Shown piece by piece: positions 51,610 through 64,000 of a DNA stretch of 64,000 nucleotides; position 1 is the stretch's first letter, and every line of letters starts with the position of its first letter. The stretch comes from Tubulanus polymorphus (Eukaryota > Animalia > Nemertea). The stretch covers positions 13,067,263 through 13,131,262 of the forward strand of contig NC_134028.1 in assembly GCF_964204645.1 (NCBI RefSeq), written 5' to 3'. Position numbers and translations under genes: made by a program. The notes below the pieces were generated by a model. It had not been told where the DNA came from. It worked only from the letters and a program-made list of their open reading frames with translations, and did no database searches.

Positions 51610-53419
51610 CTGAAAAAAGTGCAGGTTGCAGATAAAATCATGAAGACATACAAGTTACAAAAGGATCTCAAAGGCAACACGAATAACTGTTTCATCAGCA
51701 ATGACAAACTATATAGCACCATTGAGTGAATGATGTGGGAATGATGCATTTGTTAATAGTTAGTTAGAAAACTTTAGCTTTATGACTTACCCGAGACTCC
51801 TATCGAGGCTGGATTATAAATATTTGTTGAAGGTTCTGGATGAAGAGACTGCATTGGATACATATTACCACTAAAAATATATAAGAGTTTAGTTATCATC
51901 TAAAATACATCATGTATTTTCCTTCCCTTTTGCAAGCAGATGATCCAAAAAAGTTTCTAAAAGCCTAAGCCTAACATGACCGATTGGATTTCGATCAAAT
52001 TGTCTAGGATTTTACCATATGGAAAAACTAGTGACCTTGAAACTGATAATCATAAAAAATGCCATGAGCTACAAGTATGCACTTGAATGTGGTGAAAAGA
52101 TATGCTTAGGTACCAATATATATGTTAGCAACTTACAATTCAATATTCAACTCCTCTGGTGGTAAGAGCGGGCCTTATACCTTCATGACGCAGTAGAAGA
52201 AGAATGATCCAGTATTCAAAGTTTAACAGAAAGATTTACATTGCAATGATGTAACAAGTTTAAAATAGTTAAGATGGTATAGGCTATGTGGCGATAATGT
52301 TCATTTTCTGTTAATATATTCTTACATGAAAAGACTAGCCGATTTTAGCTGCCCCAAAGATCACACTTTTGAAAAAATGCATAAATAATTGTAGGCATCG
52401 TGCAGAAAAGAAATCCAAGATGGATGGCAACCCTGGCAGCCATACTTGACCTTAATTTTCAATAAGGGGTAGACATTTCACCTACCAAAATTCTTACATT
52501 AAGTATCATGAAAATGAATCAGAATTGTAGGCCGTTTCGTGCTAGAAATTCAACATAGCTGCCCTGGCGGCAATATTTGATAGCTGATGTACACCTACCC
52601 TGATCCTCACACCAAATTTTACGGAAATAAAACCTATGTTTCAATTGTATGCGTTGACATTGATTCAAAACTTGTACTTCAACAACAAAGTGTAAATCCT
52701 GTTCTGCATTCATCATTTAAATGAAACGCCCCAACCAGCTACAGTATATCTACCCAGTGGTCAGAAAAGTTGTAATCTAACACTAGAAACATTTCAACAG
52801 GATTTATCACAGTTTCAAGTGATAAGAAAACTCCCAATGAGATTTTTTTGGATTCGAATATTGTGTCAATTTCCCAAAATAGTGGTTTCAATTGCGTATT
52901 ACTTAAGACAGCCAGGGCAACTGTCATAAACATCTGAAAATACAATTGATGATGTTAGATGACGGATCACAAAGATCTTTCATCAGACCTGCCAACCTGA
53001 CCACTTACCAAATCCTAACAAATTACTTTTAAAAGAGTAACACTGACACCCTTAAGAGTAACATAACCCGAAAGCCCTCATGAAAAGAGACACCCTGAAG
53101 AGTAACACGACTCAAAACACTTGTTTTATCAATTCCTGGGCATTTGCTATTATCTACTGCACTTATGTTCTAAGACATGATTTCTTGACATGAGGCCATG
53201 ACTAATAATGGAATACCAAAAATATTGAATGAATTTTGTTTTATCTACTCTTAAGAACTTTAAAATAAAATATACTTATATCATATCTGAAGAAAGAACG
53301 GAGTGACCCTCCAGTAAAAAACTTTTAAACGTTAAAACAAATCGATGAGACAGAGAGTTGCACTGAATAAAATTTCTAAACATAAACATTTCTACAGCAG
53401 TAGCAAACCTTATGGATCG

Positions 53420-53620
53420 TCATATCATAAGCCATACCATGGCATATCGATGTCTACCACAGGACATGCAGCACGCGTGGAATAGACTCTTTTGAGATCT
53501 TTTGATGAACGAGTATTCGGTAGTATACGACGAGGAAAAAGTTTGAGTACCTGAGTGAATTTTTTTTTTTTCAGGCGGTTCATCGTCATCTGACTCTGCT
53601 GCCAATGAATTACTCCCAAT
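53420..53620 (-). pseudogene. N-terminal zinc-finger fragment of a hAT-like transposase
   Basis: PPEKKKI..QTFSSSYTTEYSFIKRS..FHACCMSC; hAT-like end cagacctgccaacc at 52983. Confidence 0.45.
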
Positions 53621-53689
53621 TGATATTTCAAGCAATTGATTACTCAACAAAAAGTGACATCACTAAATCAAAACGTGCCATAGGCAATA

Positions 53690-56040
53690 GATGCAAGTGT
53701 ATAGGAAGATGTCTGCAAAGATCCTGTTTGCGATAGTATCACTGACGAGTGCAGAGAGCAAATCTTCCTCTCATATTGGCACAAGGATCCAGTTCCACAG
53801 TTGTGAGTTAGATTTAACTCTGAGTTAAAGTTAGTTCACTTTCATTGTTTTAACTCAGAGTCAAATCTTAACTCACGACTGTGGAACCGGGCCAAGGTGA
53901 TTTGAGAGAACAGCGGCATTGGATCAAATCTCACATCAAATCGAATGAACCCATGAGACAACAAAGAGCCCATGTTAGAATGTTAGATTGTAAGCACTGA
54001 TAGATTCAGCGCAGAAGTTAGTGAATTGAATGATTTAATCATATCCACCATACATTGATTTAGTAAGGTGCTCTATCAGCTCATACTAGACATAAAAGGA
54101 AATGCATTTTATAATTGTAAAAGGTAATTAGATTTTAAATGACAAACAGTTGTTTAGAAGGTAAATACGCTACACATTTTTAAGTAGGCCTAATAGATTT
54201 TGAAATGAAATACAAGTAATCATTATAGATTATAAGTCTCCTAATAAACTATAAGGTTTCATTAAATGAAAAGCATCTCAGATGTTATATTTATAATTTT
54301 GTTGCTGAAGCTGAGATCAAATCTAGGTGTATCGGGAGATGAGAAAGTATTCTAAGTTCCATACAAACTCTCTCAGGATTTTCAGGATTCAAAGCCAAGA
54401 CCTAAGGCTAAAAAAATGATACCTTGTCTCTCCACTCTTTGCCAAGCTTAAAAGTTGACCCAGCCGGCCACCTATCTAACCTACATTACTTTAAGACACG
54501 AGCAATAAAATTTTACCATAATAGACCCGGCATTTTGAGAAATGAACCGATTACAAAGTTTATAATATTCTACAACTAGAAGGTCTTTCTATGGGGTCGG
54601 TTAGCAACATTCAAGTTCTACATTCAAATGAATTCTTCATCTATTCTCATCCTACAGTGTGTACGTGTGAGCAATATTTCTCCGCCGGACAGAAGTGACA
54701 GTCTAATGGCAATGCAGTTTAAACCACGCAGTGCGAGAAAGCGTGTGGATCGCAGTTACCCAGTTACGTTACCGTCTCATCGTAGACCTTAGCGTGAAGC
54801 CGTAGCGCAGAGGTCAACACCAATTTTTATTTCTTCTTTTGTAGTTTTCTCATTGAAGAATTTTATATGTTGTATCATTAATATATAAAAAGCCTACTTG
54901 AAAATTCGATAGCAAATGTTGTACAAATCCGCTCATGATGTGTTTATTACATAAGTAGATCAAGATGACGTCACACTACTTTGCTAAAAATCCCTAAAAA
55001 CAGTATAAAATTGCCAATTTACCCAATTTAGGCTTCATCAATAGCCTTCAAAAGCAATTGCCACTTAGCTGCCATTATAACAGCCAACTTAATGCAGTCC
55101 TTAGCCCGTGAATCATTTCACGCTCGGAGGAGATAGCAGGAATTCAACACTCAGTTTTATACTTATAGATTTAGCTGGGCTGAATCTAATAAATTAACAG
55201 TCTGAAGTCCAGAACCATCAAATACTTTCTTCCAGATACAGAGAGGGCCATCTGCTACCAGTATGCATAATCTTGTTTCTCAACACACTTGGTGTCAGTG
55301 AAAAGGCTGTCCGGACGGTACTTAGTAAAACTGGTGAAACTGGTGCCCTTGAAGATGAGCATCGTGGTGGTCGAGTTGCACCTCATGCAGCTCGAAACAA
55401 ATGTATTATGTCAATACGTCGAAGGTCATATCAACATTCCCCAGAACAGAATCATACTACTGAAGGAAAGCCACAGAATTTCAGTACCTTTCACCAGATC
55501 TCCCCCAAAGAAAAATGTGGGAATTGTATGACCCCGAGTGTCAACCAGAAAACAAAGTGTCTTTCTCATACTACAGCAAGGTTTTCAAATCTATGAAGTT
55601 GAAATTTCATGATCCCAAGAGAGATGTATGTGGTTTAAGCGAATCATATCGTAAGGAAAATGAAACAGAGAGGGCCAAACTGAAGGATTAATTTGAATCC
55701 CACATCAGTGAAAAGGAGAGAGTTCAGAATATCAAATCGACAAGAGAAACATCTGTTCATTTGATCTACAAGTAATATTCCTACCAAAAAACAAATGGCT
55801 CCGAAATATTCTACAGCAGAACATTATCTTGTTATAACTTTACGATATCTGATGTCAATGTGAAACGTTATGAATGTTTTTCATGGCATGAAGGCATTGC
55901 TGGTCAAGGTTCAAACGACAATGCCTCATGGATTTATCGGAACTTGAAAAGAATTGATGCTAACTCAGTATGCCATGTTTTCCTTTTTGATGGATGTGCC
56001 GGGCAGAATAAGAATAGTATTTTACCGTGTATGCTTTAGA
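53690..56040 (+). pseudogene. Sola1-like DDD transposase pseudogene (53690-53965 + 55200-56040), interrupted by insertions
   Basis: VC..FLNTLGVS, HIN.FPRTESYY, FHDPKRDVC, FDLQ, YSRTLSCYNFTI, WHEG..GQGSND, DGCAGQNKN; frameshifted. Confidence 0.7.
53786..53893. mobile_element. 108-bp hairpin MITE with 3-bp TSD (AAG), Harbinger-like
   Basis: gatccagttccacagttgtgagtta / taactcacgactgtggaaccgggcc; inserted in the Sola-like ORF. Confidence 0.75.
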
Positions 56041-57529
56041 TCTTAAGTCTAGACGAAACTTCCAGACCTCCTTACCCCAAAATTTCAATATCAGTAGTAT
56101 TGCATATTTAATTCAGTGAAAATAAGCTCACAACAGTAGTTTTAATGAATATTTATGTCAGTAGTTTCCAATTAAGCATCAGTAAATTTATATCATAAAA
56201 TCAGTAGTTCCCTTTAGAGTATGAGTAGTATCAGAAAACAGAATTAATCAAAAAAATAAAATAAAATATTATTTACTTTTTAATTTTTCATTGTTCTCCG
56301 GTCAATGAGAACCAAAATCTGAGGATCAGAAGGATAAAAAACCTCAAGTGTTCTTAATTAACAGACAGTATTTTCAAAATGTGGCATTTAATTTAGCAAT
56401 ACCGATCTTTTCCCGAGAGTGAATCTCCTTAGTATTTTGGAAAAGGTATCAGGCAGGTGCTGCCATTATCAGGTGATGAAAGGTTGAGTAGTAGAAGAAG
56501 TATGATTCAGTATTCAAAGTGTTACAGAAAGATTAACATTATAATGATGTAACAAGTTTCAAAATAGTTGAGATGATGTAACAAGTTTTAAAATAGTTGA
56601 GATGGTATAGGCTATGTGGCGATAATGTTCATTTTCTCTTAATATATCCTTACAGGAAAAGACAAGCCCATTTTAGCTGCCCAAAAGATCACACTACATT
56701 AAAAAATGCAGGCAATCCTTTACATTCACACTGCACTATGTTCCACTCCGTCTACGTCCTTCAAACTTATGTCACTGATGTATTTAGAATGAGGAATCTA
56801 ATGGTGAAGTCCGTTTTTCAATATCTCCAACAGAAAATAAAATTCGGTTTTTTCATCTCGTCAGCAATTTTTTTTTCGGTTGTGTTAAAAAGTCGTAATA
56901 GGATCAATCAATTTCAATTGATTTTATTGATACAGAAAAGTATGATAAATAATTCAAGTATCCAAACATCTAACAAATAATGTTTGTAAATGTGTAACGT
57001 TGTTGATAAAATCCTCGAAATAAATAAAGAATTTTCCTTAAATCGGATGTTTTTCTTTTTGATATATATGATATTTTTGTGAACATTTGCCGATTGTTTC
57101 GTTGATTCAAATGCATAGCGGCATTCTAGTATCGACCCTAACACATCATAGAAAATCAAGATGATAAGTTTTTAATTTGCATACATACACAGATAAACCG
57201 CAAAACATGTGGGTGGGTGACAATACAATACAATGAATGACATTGAATTGTTGCTATATCTAATGGACACAATGAGGAAGTCACTCAGTGATTGGCGCCT
57301 ACTGGGATCTGGCATCCCCATTAAAGTAAATGAACAATGTATGATAATATTCACACCCAGACTTGACTGTTCCTTTGAGAGCCCTGCGGCTCACCACCTG
57401 CATGCTGTTATCAGTTACATCATTCCCATTATAATCACCAGCAACTCGAATCTTTCACCACTTAATAATCCAATCTCCAAAATGAATAAATACTGAAAGT
57501 GAACCTGCCCTCGCATCATAAGCCTCAAG

Positions 57530-58410
57530 ATGGCTCAAGCCAACACACGAAAATATAACTATTATCGATTTAATCCAACAACTTAACAACAATGAAGCGA
57601 TCATTCAGTGGTGCCAAGATCGAGGACTTTTGAAAGCCGATGTTAATTGCAGTCAATGCAATGAGCTGATGGTTTTATGTCAACAACAGCGCGATTCAAT
57701 TGGATACGTGTGGAGAGCTGCAAATCGGGCTCATTCAACAATTCGTGTCAAAGTAAGAGACATTCCAGCTAATTTAATGATATCAAATCACAGCAGCATT
57801 CGATCCATAATTGTAAACTCTTTCAATCATATTTTTACAGGATGGTAGCTGGTTTAGGAATTCGCGGGTACCAGTACAGAAATTGGTGCTTCTAACGTAT
57901 CTGTGGTCGCTTTCCGATATAAGCCAAGCATCGATGGAAGAGATGATGCAGCTCTCCGAAAAAACGCTGGTTGATTGGAATGATTTTCACCAAGATCTAT
58001 CCGAGCAACGCTTGTTAATCAACCCGCCGGTGATAGGTGGTCCTGGTCTCACAGTCCAGATTGATGAAACACTTGTTTCTAGGACCCGTAGAGCTGCAAA
58101 CCAACACGCGTGACCCTTCGCCCAGCGGTGGGTGTTCGGAGCAATTTGCGTGGAAACGAAAGAAGGCTTTTCTTGATGAGTGCCCGCAAGGACATAGGGA
58201 TGCGACAACCCTACTGCCTTTAATCCAGCAGCACATTGCCCCGGGCAGTACGATTCTAAGCGATATGTGGGCGGCTTACAATCAAATTGGAAATATCCCC
58301 GGCGATGGATATCAGCACACGACAGTCAATCATAATTTGCACTTCGTGGATCCGAACACGGGAGTGCATACAAACAACATAGAAAATCTATGGAGTTTTG
58401 CGAAAACGCG
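57530..58410 (+). pseudogene. Merlin (IS1595/ISXO2-like) transposase pseudogene with a spliceosomal intron at 57753-57840
   Basis: CSQC..GYVWR, GSWF, IGGPG.TVQIDET, WVFG, RDATTLLPLI, SDMWAAY, VNH..FVDP.TGVHTNNIENLW; stop at ~58111 plus frameshifts. Confidence 0.9.
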
Positions 58411-58934
58411 CTCGATTATAACCAACAGTTCTATCTGCTGTGACTGGACCGACCCCGGGACACTCATCTCGGATATTGATAATTATGATTTGAATGTCGA
58501 TTGATTTTGATGTATATACACGCATATATTGTATGTTTTTATTTGCTGCATTATGTATGTTTCTTCGACAGCATTGACCGTTTGTCTTCTTTGAATCCAA
58601 TAATAATAATAATTTTTTCTATTCTATTCCAAAAAATGTCTTTTTTTACTGTTTTTGGCGGTAGTTAGTGTGACCGGAGGCCATAATCCGATTTTTACTG
58701 ATTCCCAAGGTGGAATAGAATTTTTGCAGCACGTAAGAATGAGAGGAGGAAAATTTTATAAAAACAAGGCAATTTGATACTACGTATCTATGTCCCCCGC
58801 GATAGTCAGTAGGGAATTAATGAACCCTGAAGACACTGATCTTTGGTATAGAAAAATGATGAGTGTATCCAGGGATAACCATACTATGAAATATCATTTT
58901 CCTGCCATGAATGGTTATTTAAGTATTGAGTTTA

Positions 58935-59842
58935 CAGGGTTTTAGGCAGAAGACGTCTACCAACCTTGAACTTTGACCCTAGAACTCCAAAATCACTAAT
59001 GCACATCCTCTCCCCAGGGGTAATCATACTATGAAATAGCATTGTTCTGTTGTCAATGGTTCTTCTTGAATCCTGTTTACAAGGTTTCATATGAATGACC
59101 TGTAGTGACCTTGAACTTTGGTCCTTGGACCCCAAAATCAATAGGGCACATCCTCTACCTAGGGGTAATCATACTACATAATATCATGGTCCTGCTATCG
59201 ACGGTTCTTCTTGAATCATGTTCACAAGGTTTTACATGAATGACCTGTAGTGACCTCGACCTTTGATCCTTGGACTCCAGAATCAATAGGGCACATCCTC
59301 TCCCTAGGGGTAATCATGCTACGAAATATCATGGTCCAGCTATCAACGGTTCGTCTTGAATGACGTTCATAAGCTTTCACATGAATGACCTGTAGTGACC
59401 TTGACCTTTGGTCCTTCGACCCCAAAATCAATAGGGCACATCCTCTCCCTAGGGGTAATCATACTACGTAATATCATGGTCCTGCTATCGACGGTTCTTC
59501 TTGAATCACGTTCACAAGGTTTTACATGAATGACCTGTAGTGACCTTGACCTTTGATCCTTGGACTCCAAAATCAATAGGGCACATCCTCTCCCTAGGGG
59601 TAATCATACTACGTAATATCATGGTTCTGCTATCAACGGTTCTTCTTGAATGACATTCACAAGGTTTCACATGAATGACGTGTAGTGACCTCGACCTTTG
59701 ATCCTTGGACTCCAGAATCAATAGGGCACATCCTCTCCCTAGGGGTAATCATGCTACGTAATATCATGGTCCTGCTATCAACGGTTCGTCTTGAATGACA
59801 TTCATAAGCTTTCACATGAATGACCTGTAGTGACCTTGACCT
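58935..59842. repeat. 145-bp tandem repeat, about 6 units, probably inside a HINE-like element (~58790-59890)
   Basis: gaatgacctgtagtgacct..caatagggcacatcctctc units; ORF-track repeats offset by exactly 145 bp. Confidence 0.9.
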
Positions 59843-60634
59843 TCGGATACCAAGTCCCCGCTCGCAGCCTACGCCGTGCGGGGTACAAAAACGAATTTCA
59901 TTTTCCGTTGGATATATTGAAAAATGAATCATTAGATTCCTCATACAAAAATACATCAGTGACATTAGTTTGAAGGACGTAGACGGAGTGGAACATAGTG
60001 CAGTGCGAAAGTAAAGGAATGCCAAAATGCATCAAGAATTGGTGTAGGCATCGTGCTGAAAAGAAATCCAAGATGGCCGGCAACCCTGGTGGCCATACCT
60101 AAACTCAATTTTCAATAAGGGGTAGACATTTCAAGCTGGTGATAATATCTTTTAGTTTGAATGCTAAAATAAATGCCTGGTCAAATCAATTTGTATTTAT
60201 TGATTGTACGTCACGGGTAAGTTCAGTTTCAAAGCTGGATCACATTGCACGTTTACACAGTGGTGGCACATTTGGTTAGAATCTGTCAATGCGATATATA
60301 AATCTAAATTCTCAACAATTCCCATTGTGCAGAATACCTGTAATCGCTGCTTTGCAGCGGTTATAATTTGTGCCATATCTCTTAGGACCATCTTCTATGG
60401 ATTAACACATTTGATCCTAAAAATCACCTCTGACTGTCTAAGCATTTAAAAGCTCTGCCCTCATATAGGACAATTTCCGCCTTACCACAGCTGCTGCACT
60501 CTGCGGCAGTTATAAGCCCAGTCAACCATAGAAACTCTCCCACAGTTTTACTATCGACACTTTCTAATAATTTAGGGAAATATTTGATGTATACTCTTAA
60601 GTGCTAGAGTTGAAGCATTTATTATTCATATATA

Positions 60635-61259
60635 CCGTATTTTCCGGCCAATAAGCCGACTCGGCCAATAAGCCGAGTGCAGTTTTTTAGCCTAAAATAC
60701 ATGGATTTCATAAAGCTTCGCCCAATAAGCCGAGGCCCTTCATCAGAGATTTTAATTCACTGATTTGTCAATTAGTTTGTCTTAATTGACGATTTAAGAG
60801 GCTGACAGTAGCGCCCGCCGATGTGTGAGAGTGCTGTGTATACTATCATCGCCGAGTGACTGTGCTATATATAGACTCACTCAGCTGATTACTATACACA
60901 CAGCCATACACGCAGTACGCGGCTCACTGCTGATTTGCATATATACTAATGTATGAACTGACACGCGGTAGTACGATGAACTCGCGCGTTATATAAATGT
61001 ATACCATCGCCGCTGTGCGGTGATGGAACAATCAAAGTAAAAATAAAATAGTTCAAAATAGATTATAATTGGTAGTAAATAATGACCTCAAATAAATATC
61101 GACCACTTTTCTTGATTTTGACGATCATTGAGAGCATTAGAGTGGCATAGATCAGGAAGTGATTTTTTATGTCAGATCGTATCCGCCCAATAAGCCGATC
61201 AGGATATTTTGGGTAAAAATCTGAGGCTAGAAAATCGGCTTATTGGCCGGAAAATACGG
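60635..61259. mobile_element. Tc1/mariner-superfamily (pogo-like) MITE, TA TSD
   Basis: Perfect 25-bp TIR ccgtattttccggccaataagccga / tcggcttattggccggaaaatacgg flanked by TA; subterminal ccaataagccga repeats. Confidence 0.85.
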
Positions 61260-62210
61260 TATTTCATTATAGGCCTACCTTTTATTTTAATGATTTAGAA
61301 TATGCGCACTTGACGTCAGTTTTTACAATGGCAGCGAGCAGTTGTTAGAATCATCTGCAGTTTCTTGGAAAACTTTAACTAGGCCACACACGAGGTACAC
61401 TTTTCACATAGCTAGTAGTAGTGTAAAAATATACGCGCACATGTTTGAAGCATGACTATACATGTATGTAACAGTGCATGTGTTCTTCCAAAAAGAAATG
61501 TAAATCCCACAACAAATAAATAACTAAATCAACAAATAAGCAATGCTTCCCGACGAAATTCAATAGGGTTAGAGATTACATTACTACATTGGATGTTTCG
61601 AAGAGAAACTAAGCCTCTTTTGCAAGTTATTTTGTACCAAAGGAAGAATTTGTCATTTGCGATAGAAAAATGGACATCGCTAAAGCGAAATAACTCTATG
61701 CTAATAAGCGAAAGAACTCTATGTTAATAAGATTGAAGTATTTATTTGTGTGACAAATCTTCATATGAACACCCACCAATAAGTTATGCCAATATACATG
61801 AAAATGATGTCATCGACTCACTACCGTCTTATATCAAAGAGGAGTGTACCAAATTATTTGCACATATATATTCTATTTGTAGATACGTATAGATACATAT
61901 ATCAAATCCCATATGTTGAATTGTGGTTTGGTTGCTTTTTTGGGTATAGCGGATTTCAAACTATATTTCGACGATCACCAATAACACTCCAGCAAGGGCA
62001 TTCAATAACTTTTCATGGGACCAATTTTTTGGTTGCTGGTCGTAGGTCGAGTTGTAGGTCAAAATCTGGATTAAAATACCTCCACCCAAATATCCCACAC
62101 CCAGAATCCCTCCACCTAGAATACCCTCATGTGTTCAAAATACCCCAGGGCCTAAATCCGAATGGGTTTAATTGAGCAAAATAGATAGAAGATTATAAAA
62201 AAGAAAACTA

Positions 62211-62416
62211 ACTAGGGGTCCAGGGACACCATGCCCACTTGGGAAGTGGTTCCAAATGCTCAACAATCTAACAATTTCAATATTCAATGCCCCCTGGTGA
62301 CCATATACAAAAACCAATGACCTTGAAACTGACCACAATCATAGAACATGTCACGAACAATAACTTTGTAATTGATCATGGTAACAAAATATGCATAGGT
62401 CCCAAGTGGGCTAAAA
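62211..62416 (-). mobile_element. Internally deleted HINE-like family 3 with both ends and one repeat unit
   Basis: actaggggtccagggacacc start and gtcccaagtgggctaaaaa end. Confidence 0.75.
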
Positions 62417-62721
62417 ATCTGAAAAAATTAAAATTAATAACACAAATATCAAATGCTTTTATAATAGTCCATTTCAGTGGTACTTTGATGGAAGTATGTT
62501 CTTTAATGCTGGACGGAGGTATTTTGGACACATATGAGGGTTTTCCAGGTTGAGGGATTCTAAATGTTGGTTTTTTGAGCATATCCCTTTAGTTTCATCA
62601 AAGATAAAAACTACCCAAAGAAACTTGATGTTTCCTACAAATGAATACTCGTCCCGATGAGAAGTTATAAGAATATCAATCAGATGAGATAACATTAGAT
62701 GATCAGAGTGAATTACATTAC

Positions 62722-62839
62722 CTTGTATAAGCAGATGGCTGGGGAGCAATGTCTGGAGTGAAAATATCTCCTTGAGAATAAGTGTTCACATATGGATCAT
62801 TGGCTGATGATGCTCCTGGATATTTATGAGAAAGGCCAC
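62722..62839 (-). CDS. SEC31: Probable SEC31 exon, low-complexity region: GGLSHKYPGASSANDPYVNTYSQGDIFTPDIAPQPSAYT
   Basis: tctttttag acceptor, gtaatg donor, single open frame, phase 1-2; phase does not match the next exon, so an exon or alternative splice site is missing. Confidence 0.55.
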
Positions 62840-63547
62840 CTAAAAAGACAATTAGTCATTACTTTAAGTCCAAGATCACTTGAATTGTAATAATGCAGTG
62901 AAATTTACTAATACACGTGTGCATAGCATATCATACATACAGATAAGATGAGGAACAAAGTATTATCATAGCCGTATTGAATATTTCCGAGAGCAAATGT
63001 GCACTTGCAATGCAGTTTTCTGAGTTGACCAATTTTATAATGTTAATGGATTAAATTTGTATTTCATGGATCATTTATAGGAGTACAAATATTATATTGG
63101 TTTATAATTTTCAAAATATCAAAGGAATAATTTTGTATTATATTTGGCTTTATTTGTCCAAACTTGGCGAGTGTAAATTAGCCAGGCACTGTATTTTATA
63201 ATTAGTTATTACTTGAATATCACTCATTGTACCCAAACCTGATTGTGTGTCTCTGAAAGAGATGAAAGTGATGATTGGACAAAGAAGGAAAATTAAAAGT
63301 CAGTATCCTAGTATGGCCTAGCTCCTAGCTGCCCGAACAGAAGCTTTTGGGAATTTGATAAGCTCTGAGATGCAATTTAAATCATAAGGCACATCGTTTT
63401 AGGTGGTTAATCCCCTTTAAGATTAAGAGTCTTTACCACTGTTTACAATTAATCATTGGGATCTGTTGTTAAATTACGGGATTAGTGCTCATTGTTTGCA
63501 TCTACGTGTTGAACGTATTTTGTATACATTGAATGCTGCGAGCCTAT

Positions 63548-63549
63548 CA

Positions 63550-63609
<60 letters not shown>

Positions 63610-63613
63610 CCCA

Positions 63614-63669
<56 letters not shown>

Positions 63670-63670
63670 C
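63548..63670. repeat. (GCAC)n microsatellite
   Basis: Direct observation. Confidence 0.97.
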
Positions 63671-64000
63671 ACACAGTGTAGGCCTACTACATGCGGTTTT
63701 CTTTTCTCTTTTGATTTTTAACAATAGTTTACTTTGAAACATTTCCAAAATATTGGAAACTATTTTATCAACATCCTAAATTTGAATTGGTATATGAGTT
63801 GTAGCCTAACGTAAATTAGGCGACCTTGAACTATTAACATCGTAAGTTTACAGCGATATCTAAGGTGAAGCCGCTGTTCAAGTCGACCTATGCTTTTGAC
63901 TGATACACCGGAAAACATAGTAGTTATAGCGCACCGATGTCAAGTTGTGTAAGAATGTTGCCGAAGCAATCTCATACGTGCACGGATTGACTGAAATTCG

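Noticed and set aside
52739-52945. Minus-strand ORF after a good acceptor (gtattttcag)
   Set aside because: Open only in phase 0, which does not fit the neighbouring exons; no recognisable similarity
58932-60025. Repeated 69-aa ORFs
   Set aside because: Translations of the 145-bp tandem repeat
60486-60550. Candidate phase 2-1 SEC31 exon (KTVGEFLWLTGLITAAECSSC)
   Set aside because: The phase fits, but the acceptor has no pyrimidine tract and the peptide does not resemble the SEC31 proline-rich region
62376-62582. Proline-containing minus-strand ORF next to a SEC31 exon
   Set aside because: No compatible splice sites found and it runs into a HINE copy
63466-63748. THAR/CVRA repeat ORFs (likewise the YI repeat ORF at 10227)
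   Set aside because: Microsatellite translations

Overview
Eukaryotic (probably invertebrate animal) genomic DNA, not prokaryotic. The only host gene I can support is SEC31 (COPII outer coat) on the minus strand: four confident and one probable small exon separated by 10-26 kb introns, with both gene ends outside the window. The introns are packed with mobile DNA. The most notable item is a decayed, very AT-rich, gene-dense Polinton/adintovirus-like endogenous viral segment (~1.95-24.5 kb). Many of its ORFs start at a TAAATG(G) motif, and it can be reassembled in frame across four Helentron-type (HINE) insertion sites. One site holds a 12.65-kb self-nested HINE block carrying a 31-bp satellite organised into ~1.4-kb higher-order repeats. 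Also present: MULE, Sola1-like and intron-containing Merlin transposase pseudogenes, a hAT fragment, CR1/L2-type LINE ends, several MITEs with readable TSDs, two Penelope-type minimal hammerhead motifs and microsatellites. All family assignments come from manual translation and motif recognition, with no database search, and repeat boundaries are approximate.
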